Source: Thermodesulfobacteriota bacterium (GTDB taxonomy: Bacteria; Desulfobacterota; WTBG01; JAGOGO01). From it: a stretch of 37,530 nt of DNA. The notes beneath the pieces were generated by a model. The model was not told the DNA's origin. It saw only the letters and a list, made by a program, of their open reading frames with translations, and searched no databases. Shown piece by piece: positions 7,384-15,548 of this stretch (position 1 is the first letter of the stretch; each line of letters begins with the position of its first letter). Location: positions 1-37,530 of the forward strand of contig DATEXU010000194.1 of the NCBI GenBank assembly GCA_035256645.1, given 5' to 3'. The position numbers were made by a program, and so were the translations under genes.

Positions 7384-10011
7384 TCAGCGGTTAATCAAGT
7401 CCCGTATTTTATCGACGACAGACTGTGCATAGCTTTGTCCTCTTAAGGAGCCGTGATTCCCGCGGGATATGTTAATATAAACAGTGTCCTCGGCAATCCG
7501 CCGCCACGCACCCCCGCTAAATTGCCCTGAAATATATAACACGGGCACATTCAGCGAAAGGGGTTTATAGTCAAAGAAAGCATTATCGTAATGCTGTCTT
7601 ATATTTTTGTGTTCTTTCCATTCAGGGCTAAACTTTTGAAAGTGACGAAGATTGCTAAACAAGTTCTTCATTTTTTTCCCCGATGATCGCTTCTGATGCC
7701 CTGTCTTCTGAAAGAAAAAAAGTGCACGACGCCAGAAATCTTTAGTCATGCGATCCATGCGTAACAGCTTTTTATGAATCCAGATTAAAGGCTTACGCCG
7801 CTTGTTTTTTTGAACACCCATGAGACGCATAACGAAGTCTACGACTGTAAAAATGAACTGCGCGGACCTCCTGACTGACATTATTATCGGATCCACCATC
7901 ACCACCGCTTTTACTTCTTTACCCATTGAAACCAGGAGCCTTGCCGCTTCAAACGCCACCAAGGCTCCGTTACAATGTCCAAGCAGAACATAGGGGCCAT
8001 TTGGCTGCCTTTCGAGAATTTTCTGCAATTTTTCTTTTGCCATGTCTTCTATCGAGTCTGGCCACTTCCCTTCGTGAGGTAAATGGGGGGGTATCGCATT
8101 TATAAGATAATCAGTGCCGAGCATTTTGGAAAAAGTTTTAACCGCAACCCCTCCGTAAGTGAAGTCGCCATGGAAAAAATGAATTATTTTACCCTGTTCA
8201 GAACCTACCAGGACGGACTCTTGCGGTTGAACTTTATCCGTTGCTGTAACTCTCTTCAATAACTTCCGAACAGTACCCGTTTCGAATATTGTTGACGATG
8301 GAAGTGTTTTGCCGGTCAGCTGCTCGACCTCAAGCAGCAATTCTATTGCGAGCAAAGAATCACCCCCACACTCAAAAAAATCGTCGTCAATAGTCAAATT
8401 ATCATTTTGGAGCAAACGTCGCCACATTCCCAGAAGTTCTTTTCCCAGAACAACATCACTCAAATTTGCTTGTTCTTCACTGCTCATGAATAAACAAACC
8501 TCACTGAGTTTCTTGCGCAGTGCCTTCCCCCCCGGCCCTTTAGGAATACTTTCCCTGATATGGACTCGTCTCGGCACTTTGTTCCATGAAAGTTGTGAAC
8601 TCATTAATTGACGAAATTCCTCCGCAGCCACAGTTGCTCCCGGACGCAACACTACCGCAGCTCCAACATCCTCGCCCAGACGCGGGTGCGGCACAGCAAA
8701 AGCCACCGCCTCCAAGACATCCGGATGAGTTAAGAGAACTCTTTCAATCTCAAAGGGTGAAATTTTTTCACCCCCGCGGCTGATGAGCTCCTTGATTCGG
8801 CCGTGAATCATTAAAAAGCCCTCTTCGTCAAAACTCCCAATGTCTCCGGTTCGAAACCAGCCCTGTGAGAAAGCGGCTTGATTCAGTTCCGGGCCATTGA
8901 GATAACCTTTCATTACATTTTGACCACGAACCAAAATTTCACCTTTTTCGCCTTTCGGTACATTTGTTCCATCGGGCCCGGCAACGATGACGGTATCAGA
9001 CGGCGGAATACCGACCGTGCCTGATTTATATAGTCCCGGCGCGGGCAAGTTAGCTGAAATCTGACTGGTCTCCGTCATACCGTACTCAGCAAAAACAGGA
9101 ATCCCCAGCGATAGTTGCAAACTTGATCGCACACTTTCGGGCAGTTGTGCTCCACCGGCAACAGCCATTCGAAGGTTATGCTTCAGGCCTGATAAGGTTG
9201 AGCCTAACATTTCCGATATCGCTAAATGGGTGGTCGGTGAGGCTGAAAACCAGGTTGGTTTTAGCTCCCCAAACCATTCTGCTAAATTCACTTGGGTATG
9301 ACTTGCTGGAAACGCCACGCTGCCGCCCGAAAGAAACGGCGCAAGTATGGTGAAGGTTAAACCATGACTGAAGTAGGGTGGCATTATGCTCAAGCAGCGG
9401 TCATGTTTATTGAGGTTGAACCACGTACGAGTGCGTTCTGCCGTGGCTAACAGCCCTGAGTGAAGGCAGGGAACTAATTTCGGCTCTGCGGTAGTTCCCG
9501 AGGTTTGGAAAATGACTGCCACACTATCTAAGGTAGGATCATCAAGCTGATTTTTAGGGGGAATCTTCGGGTCAACCATGGAAAATGCCAGTTCGTACTT
9601 ATCCTGCGGCATAAGTTCGATAATGGCAATGCCCTGTTTTTCAGCGACAGATCTGGTTACGGTATTTTCACCGACAAACACACAGACTGCATCCACGTCC
9701 AGGAGCTTGAGCCGCGTTTCAATTTCTGATTCCGCCAGGTTCTGGTCTAAGGGAATTGCCGACGCTGAACACGCAACCGCTACGATTGCCAATGCGGCCG
9801 TCGCAGTATCCTTCACGGAAATTGCAATCCGGGCCGATCTTCTCAATCCTGATTTACTCAGCACACCAGCAACATGGTCGATCTGCCAAACCAGTTGTGA
9901 ATACGAGAAAGGATTGTATTTTGAAGACACTATAGCAGGAGCAGCTGGATCGGTATAAGCAATACGCTTTATTACTTCTTCGATCCTGTGGTTCTGAGAT
10001 TGACTATCCAT
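7384..10011 (-). CDS. Stand-alone NRPS-like enzyme: adenylation (ANL) - carrier protein - thioesterase (A-T-TE)
   Basis: 875 aa. ANL core motifs TSGTTAEPK, YGMTE, FRTGDIG, GRIKELISRGGEKISP, PKGPGGKALRK. Carrier motif FFECGGDSLLAIEL (Ser552). Alpha/beta-hydrolase TE with GHCNG (Cys680, codon tgt at 7972..7974 on the minus strand), VMVDP, GNHGS. Confidence 0.9.
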   Translation of the reverse strand: MDSQSQNHRIEEVIKRIAYTDPAAPAIVSSKYNPFSYSQLVWQIDHVAGVLSKSGLRRSARIAISVKDTATAALAIVAVACSASAIPLDQNLAESEIETRLKLLDVDAVCVFVGENTVTRSVAEKQGIAIIELMPQDKYELAFSMVDPKIPPKNQLDDPTLDSVAVIFQTSGTTAEPKLVPCLHSGLLATAERTRTWFNLNKHDRCLSIMPPYFSHGLTFTILAPFLSGGSVAFPASHTQVNLAEWFGELKPTWFSASPTTHLAISEMLGSTLSGLKHNLRMAVAGGAQLPESVRSSLQLSLGIPVFAEYGMTETSQISANLPAPGLYKSGTVGIPPSDTVIVAGPDGTNVPKGEKGEILVRGQNVMKGYLNGPELNQAAFSQGWFRTGDIGSFDEEGFLMIHGRIKELISRGGEKISPFEIERVLLTHPDVLEAVAFAVPHPRLGEDVGAAVVLRPGATVAAEEFRQLMSSQLSWNKVPRRVHIRESIPKGPGGKALRKKLSEVCLFMSSEEQANLSDVVLGKELLGMWRRLLQNDNLTIDDDFFECGGDSLLAIELLLEVEQLTGKTLPSSTIFETGTVRKLLKRVTATDKVQPQESVLVGSEQGKIIHFFHGDFTYGGVAVKTFSKMLGTDYLINAIPPHLPHEGKWPDSIEDMAKEKLQKILERQPNGPYVLLGHCNGALVAFEAARLLVSMGKEVKAVVMVDPIIMSVRRSAQFIFTVVDFVMRLMGVQKNKRRKPLIWIHKKLLRMDRMTKDFWRRALFFFQKTGHQKRSSGKKMKNLFSNLRHFQKFSPEWKEHKNIRQHYDNAFFDYKPLSLNVPVLYISGQFSGGAWRRIAEDTVYINISRGNHGSLRGQSYAQSVVDKIRDLINR

Positions 10012-10455
10012 TAAAATTTTCAGCTAATATCATTCAATGATTTCAGCGTGTAAATCGCTTTAAACCTGATACGCAGAAGACCGGATATCTCATTTGATTA
10101 TCAGGAACAGTTGCTGCTGATCATCACATCCAGTATTTTCCAAAGTAGAAAAATTGGAACTGGTGAAAATTTGATCGGTTTTTCAGTAGTAAATAAAACC
10201 GGGAGATGTTCTCCAATATTAACCCTTTGTTTGACCCTTTTAATCGGAATTAACAATTTACTATTTCTTTGATGAGCGAATCCCCAAAATAAAACAAAAC
10301 CCATCACCTTTATACTTGGGAATCCGGCTTTCTTTTTCTTATTTCAAATTAAGACTTTTTTCTCGCAACTATTACAACAACATTCTTTTGTTAATTTCAA
10401 TGATTTATTTATTTTTTACCGTTAAAAAAGAAAAAGTCAATAAAAAATTAATGGC

Positions 10456-10782
10456 CTAGACTAGATGAGAGGGCTTTCGCTCAGGTTTTTTAGAGGGAGT
10501 TGGTAAATAATTTTGGTTCCGGTAATTGAATCGGAACGCGCACTCTTTGAGATGAAGATAACAGGTTGATTTTGGGATTCCATGGAACTTCATGAGCCTG
10601 CGTTTTGAATAAGACCAGAAAGATTCGATGCCGTTAATATGCCGCTTACCATTGGCAAACTGGGGCATTGCCATAATGGATACAATAAGATATAATAAAT
10701 ATTTTTTATATCCCAAGCCAACCAATCCACTGTAACCGCGCCAAGCATCGGAATGAACCATGCACTCAGGTTCTACCTTGCC
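10456..10782 (-). mobile_element. IS1595-family (ISXO2-like) transposase C-terminal fragment, fused in frame to the GT2 pseudogene
   Basis: The last ~108 aa of ORF 10456..11421 read HSDAWRGYSGLVGLGYKK...GKRHINGIESFWSYSKRRLMKFHGIPKSTCYLHLKECAFRFNYRNQN. This is the characteristic C-terminal block of IS1595-type DDE transposases. No N-terminal part and no terminal inverted repeats were seen. Confidence 0.6.
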
Positions 10783-11841
10783 TGCTTTTCCTTTGCTTTG
10801 CTGAGAAGTTTTTTTGTTCTGTGCTGGTGTCTTTTTTTTTATACCAAGGACACCTATTAAGCAATGCCAGAGTGTTTCAATAGAGAAGAAAATTGTTTCT
10901 ATGCAAAAAAATCGGGCCGGGATTTTATAGGCCAGTTTCAATAACTCTTTAGTTGAACCGCTATACCGATAATACCGTCGGGCATAACGCGAGTCATAGT
11001 AGGAGATAATTCTATCTTTATTCATTTTCTGTAAAATGTCGTTTAAAAAATTTCCTAAAATTTGGTCACGACGGCTTTGAAAATCGGACCAGGCCTGCGT
11101 CATGCTGAGATTCATTCCGTGTCTAATATAAGAAGCTAAGACCTGAGAGGTTCCATACACTGTTCCCAAAAGACAAGCGGCCGAAACCAAAGGTGTATCT
11201 TGAGCCAAAATCCTTTCTTCCGGGAGAGGGAAAATGCCGCTGGCAAGAGTTCTGGTTAAGGAAATTCCATCGGCAGGACCAGGCCTAAAGGACAAAAACC
11301 CCCACTTTTGAACATGGCGGTATGCTTTCTCAGGGTCGCTTAATTTCTCAAATAGTCCGGTTTTTTTTGCCGTCGACCGTACGCAATCTTTTGGGCGCGA
11401 ACTGAAGAAAAGCTCCATCATCAGTGATCACTTCTACACGATGGAAAATAAGCGCCTCTGGGGTTAGCGGCATGACTTGGAGGAAATAGTTGACCATAGT
11501 TTCCACCTTGTGAGGGAAAAAATATCATCCGAATCCAAAAAAAAGATAATCTCGCCTCGACTCGCAAAAAAACCAGCATTCGTTGCGGAATTCAACCCCC
11601 CATTTTCCTTGAAAACCGGTATTATCCGGTCTCCGTAACTATTAATGATGTGGCGGGAATTATCCGTAGAACCATCATCAACAACGATAACTTCTTTAAA
11701 CGGATAGGTTTGCTGAAGAGCACTATCAATAATCCGAGAAAGGAATTTATCATAATTATAGCTCGTAATAATAATACTGGCAAGAGGAAGTTCTTGGGAA
11801 GGAGAGTACCCTTTTTGTGCGCTGAACCCCGATTCAATCAT
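10456..11841 (-). pseudogene. Third GT2 paralogue, disrupted by two homopolymer frameshifts and fused at its 3' end to a transposase remnant
   Basis: ORF 11464..11841 carries the GT-A N-terminus (IIITSYNYDKFL, VIVVDDGSTDNS, FLDSDDIF) and then leaves frame. ORF 10456..11421 carries the C-terminal paralogue domain (FEKLSDPEKAY, LGTVYGTSQVLASY, NFLNDIL, YKIPARFFCIETI). The frame breaks map to a T6 run (T7 in the intact copy) and an A8 run. Confidence 0.7.
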
Positions 11842-12215
11842 AAGTTATTTCCCGACAATGAGGAAGGTCATTAAAATTTAGTTTTCCTTCTCAGTGGAAA
11901 ATTTTATTTCTATAAAATTATTAACGGGTATCTTCTATTTAATGAAATTATATTGGTTTCGATTTGATTTTCATAGTTCTTTTTAAAAGAAAAAATAAAT
12001 GGGCTTCAACTAAATTAATCTTATCTTGACAAGAGCAATCTTTTCCCACTATTTTTTCACTTATGATTGACAAAATAGAGTATAATGTTTAAATTATCAT
12101 CACAAATTCGCAAATTGTTTTGACAAGTTATTGAAATCATTAAGGGTCGTATATTCTCTCTTAATCAGTAGGCTTGGGGTTCGATCCCCCGACGGTCCAT
12201 GGACAGAGAATCCCT

Positions 12216-12300
12216 GCGAGAGTGGCGGAATTGGCAGACGCACTGGACTTAGGATCCAGCCCCGCAAAACGGGATGGGGGTTCAACTCCCCCCTCTCGCA
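12216..12300 (+). tRNA. tRNA-Leu (anticodon UAG), type II with long variable arm
   Basis: Hand-folded. Acceptor gcgagag/ctctcgc, anticodon arm ctgga-cttagga-tccag, variable arm cccg-caaaa-cggg, T arm ggggg-ttcaact-ccccc, discriminator A. No encoded CCA. Confidence 0.9.
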
Positions 12301-12345
12301 TGGAAGTGTTTGTAATGTTAATATTTTAAAAAGGAAACCAGCGAC

Positions 12346-13635
12346 TTGAAAGCAGAAGTGAAAGATGTTAGCCCGGTAGTAAAACAACTCGAAGTGACAA
12401 TCTCCGCGGATAGTATCGGCAATGAGATTGAGAAATTTTATTTTGACTTGAGAAAAACAGCAAAAATTAAAGGGTTTCGTCCTGGGAAGGTCCCGCGCGC
12501 GGTTTTGGAAAAGTTTTACAAAAAGCAGGTCGAAGGCGAAGTCATCAGCAAACTCGTCAGCGACTCTTATGAAGCTGCTATTAAAGAAAAAAACATCCTG
12601 CCGGTTTCTCCTCCCATCATCGATACCCCTAAGTTCGCGTCAGAAAAAGATTTTACGTACACTGCCCGCGTTGAGGTTGCCCCTGCCCTTGATTTAAAGG
12701 GGAATTATCTCGGGATTGAAGCTGAGCAAGAAAAATTAGAGGTCACTGAAGAGGATGTCAACAAATATTTGGAGGAAATACGCGCCTATCACGCTCAACT
12801 AAAAGCGGTTGAGGAAGACCGCTCTATTCGTTCCGGGGATTTCGTGGTCATTGACTTTACCGGAACGATTGAGAAAGAGCCTCTGAAAGGCGGAAAAGTC
12901 CAGGATCGGTTGATTGAAATCACCCCCGAAAGCTTTCTCCCTGGATTCACTAACCAATTAATCGGGTTACGGCCAGGAGCTAACCGGGAAATTGTTGTTA
13001 CGCTTCCTGAAGATTTTGAGCAAAAGGAACTTGCCGGAAAAACTATTACGTTTGATGTAACCATAAAAGAAATAAAAGAAAAAATCACCCCGCCTCTGGA
13101 TGATAATTTTGCCCATGACGTCGGTGAGTTTGAAACTCTGGCCGTTCTTAAGGATCATTTAAAAACAGAAATCACCCGCAGGGAGGAAGAGCGCATCCGC
13201 TCTACCCTGTATAATAATCTTCTCCAAAAAATCCTGGAAAATAACCACTTTGACGTTCCGCCCTCCTTGGTTGAACGACAGACTGAATTTTTAATTTATC
13301 ACGCGCGCTCCCAGATGACCAGACAAGGAATCAAAATGGATTCCTCAACTATGATGAACCGGGAACTTAAAGAAGCGTATCGTCCAATCGCTGAATTTCA
13401 GGTAAAGCGTTCTTTCCTTCTTGCCGATATAGCAAAAAGAGAAGGAATAGAAGTTGACCCATCGGAGATAAAAGCGTATCTTAAAAATGTGTCTCCTCAC
13501 GCGGAGGAAGATAGCGAACCGCACTCAGGGCAAGAGGCTAAAGACCAGATCAAGGCCAAAGTCTTGGAGGAGAAAACCCTTGCTTTTCTTGCTGAAAAAG
13601 CTAAACTAAATTTAGTGGATCGAAAGAAATCTTAG
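12346..13635 (+). CDS. tig: Trigger factor
   Basis: 429 aa, TTG start with aagga SD. Typical N-terminus (KQLEVTI...FRPGKVPR) and FKBP-type PPIase middle domain (GDFVVIDF). Conserved tig-clpP-clpX-lon order. Confidence 0.95.
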   Translation: MKAEVKDVSPVVKQLEVTISADSIGNEIEKFYFDLRKTAKIKGFRPGKVPRAVLEKFYKKQVEGEVISKLVSDSYEAAIKEKNILPVSPPIIDTPKFASEKDFTYTARVEVAPALDLKGNYLGIEAEQEKLEVTEEDVNKYLEEIRAYHAQLKAVEEDRSIRSGDFVVIDFTGTIEKEPLKGGKVQDRLIEITPESFLPGFTNQLIGLRPGANREIVVTLPEDFEQKELAGKTITFDVTIKEIKEKITPPLDDNFAHDVGEFETLAVLKDHLKTEITRREEERIRSTLYNNLLQKILENNHFDVPPSLVERQTEFLIYHARSQMTRQGIKMDSSTMMNRELKEAYRPIAEFQVKRSFLLADIAKREGIEVDPSEIKAYLKNVSPHAEEDSEPHSGQEAKDQIKAKVLEEKTLAFLAEKAKLNLVDRKKS

Positions 13636-13655
13636 CAGAGGAGGACTATTTTCTG

Positions 13656-14291
13656 ATGCTGGTACCCATTGTGATCGAGCAGACCAGCCGCGGTGAACGG
13701 GCTTATGATATTTATTCACGACTTTTAAAAGACAGGATTATATTCCTGGGAACCCCCATCGATGATATTATCGCTAACTTAATCATTGCCCAGATGCTTT
13801 TTCTGGAGTCGGAAGATCCGGATAAAGATCTCTATCTTTATTTGAATTCTCCCGGAGGTATCGTTACCGCGGGGTTAGCAATCTACGATACCATGCAGTA
13901 TATAAAACCTAATGTGTGCACCATCTGCCTCGGACAAGCGGCAAGCATGGGCGCTTTACTGCTTGCGGCCGGAGCTCCGGGTAAGCGCTTCGCGTTACCC
14001 CACTCCCGCATCTTAATCCATCAGCTGTTGGGCGGAATTCAGGGCCAAGCCACGGATATCGACATCCATGCCCGTGAAATCCTCAGAATGAGGAAGGAAC
14101 TGGACATGATCTTGACCAAACACACCAACCAGCCTTTGGAAAAAATTCAGCGGGATACTGAGCGGGATTATTTCATGAGTGGCGGCGAAGCAAAAAAATA
14201 CGGCATCATTGACGCGGTGATCGAGAAAAATCCTCACGTGGTGATGGACCTTAAATCCATCCTGAACAAAGGAGAAAAAAGTAGTGAGTAA
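13656..14291 (+). CDS. clpP: ATP-dependent Clp protease proteolytic subunit
   Basis: 211 aa, gaggagga SD. Motifs [27 protein letters not shown] (Ser nucleophile), IHQLLGG. Confidence 0.97.
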   Translation: MLVPIVIEQTSRGERAYDIYSRLLKDRIIFLGTPIDDIIANLIIAQMLFLESEDPDKDLYLYLNSPGGIVTAGLAIYDTMQYIKPNVCTICLGQAASMGALLLAAGAPGKRFALPHSRILIHQLLGGIQGQATDIDIHAREILRMRKELDMILTKHTNQPLEKIQRDTERDYFMSGGEAKKYGIIDAVIEKNPHVVMDLKSILNKGEKSSE

Positions 14292-15537
14292 AAAAGGCTC
14301 CGATAAATACAGCAACCTCTTCTGTTCGTTCTGCGGCAAAAGCCAGGATGAGGTAAAAAAACTGATCGCCGGCCCTTCGGTCTATATCTGTGATGAGTGC
14401 ATTGAGCTCTGCAATGATATCATCGCTGAAGAATATGAAAAAGAAGATGCGACCAAAAAAAGCGCCACGATACCCAAACCGGCAGAAATCAAAAAGCGCC
14501 TTGACGAGTACGTGATCGGGCAGGATCGGGCAAAAAAAATTCTTTCCGTCGCAGTGAATAACCACTATAAACGGATTGAGGCCAAGAAGTCAGTCAGTGA
14601 TGTGGAGCTCCAGAAAAGCAATATCCTTTTAATCGGCCCGACCGGGACCGGAAAAACCTTGTTAGCGCAGACCCTGGCGAAGATCCTCAATGTGCCTTTC
14701 ACTATTGCTGATGCCACAACGCTTACCGAAGCAGGCTACGTGGGTGAAGATGTCGAAAACATCATTCTCAGTCTCCTCCAGGCCGCGGATTACGATATCG
14801 AGCGGGTCACTAAAGGAATTATTTACATTGATGAGATTGATAAAATTTCCCGAAAAACGGATTCCCCGTCCATCACCCGTGATGTTTCCGGGGAAGGAGT
14901 CCAGCAAGCTCTTCTCAAAATTATTGAAGGAACCATTGCAAATGTTCCCCCCAAGGGCGGGAGAAAACATCCCCAGCAAGATTTTCTCCAGGTTGATACA
15001 ACGAACATTCTCTTTATCTGTGGCGGAGCGTTTAACGGGGTTGAAGATATTATCGAAAAGCGTTTAGGCCATAGCTCAATGGGGTTTATGGGTAATGTTA
15101 TAAGCAAAAAGGAAAGGAAAGTCGGGAAAATTTTAAACGAGATTCAGCCCGAGGATTTGCTCAAGTATGGCCTGATCCCCGAGCTGATCGGCCGTCTGCC
15201 GGTGATCGCCACCTTAGGTGAACTTTCTGAAGAAGCCCTGATCCAGATCATGGTTGAGCCCAAGAATGCTTTAGTCAAACAATACCAAACCATGTTTTCC
15301 TTTGAAAATGTTAAGCTTCGCTTTACCAAGGGAGCGCTCGCGGCAATTTCTCAACAAGCAACCAAGCGCAAAACCGGAGCACGGGGCTTACGGTCTATCA
15401 TGGAAGACATCATGCTCGATGTCATGTTTGATATCCCGTCACAGTCAAACATCACAGAATGCATTATTAATGAAGAAGTAGTCTTAAAGAGGGAATCACC
15501 CCTCCTCATGTATGAAAAAGAAACAAAATCCGCATAG
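14284..15537 (+). CDS. clpX: ATP-dependent Clp protease ATP-binding subunit ClpX
   Basis: 417 aa, GTG start overlapping the clpP end by 8 nt. Zn-finger [30 protein letters not shown], Walker [18 protein letters not shown]. Confidence 0.97.
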   Translation: MSKKGSDKYSNLFCSFCGKSQDEVKKLIAGPSVYICDECIELCNDIIAEEYEKEDATKKSATIPKPAEIKKRLDEYVIGQDRAKKILSVAVNNHYKRIEAKKSVSDVELQKSNILLIGPTGTGKTLLAQTLAKILNVPFTIADATTLTEAGYVGEDVENIILSLLQAADYDIERVTKGIIYIDEIDKISRKTDSPSITRDVSGEGVQQALLKIIEGTIANVPPKGGRKHPQQDFLQVDTTNILFICGGAFNGVEDIIEKRLGHSSMGFMGNVISKKERKVGKILNEIQPEDLLKYGLIPELIGRLPVIATLGELSEEALIQIMVEPKNALVKQYQTMFSFENVKLRFTKGALAAISQQATKRKTGARGLRSIMEDIMLDVMFDIPSQSNITECIINEEVVLKRESPLLMYEKETKSA

Positions 15538-15548
15538 GTTATACAAAA

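Noticed and set aside
8309-9958. Several + strand ORFs (8309..8611, 8586..8783, 9123..9353, 9578..9958)
   Set aside because: They are antisense shadows inside the A-T-TE gene. No motifs and no SD sequences.
10101-10307. 68-aa minus-strand ORF upstream of the A-T-TE gene
   Set aside because: No SD and no recognisable family, in an A+T-rich promoter-like region. It cannot be excluded as a small protein, but there is no positive evidence.
12001-12143. Multiple TTGACA / TATAAT-like hexamers upstream of tRNA-Leu
   Set aside because: The hexamers are present, but none pair at 16-18-nt spacing on my count. A promoter is likely somewhere here, but I cannot place it.
12100-12387. ORFs 12100..12387 (-) and 12131..12349 (+)
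   Set aside because: They overlap tRNA-Leu and the tRNA-like segment, so the open frames are incidental.
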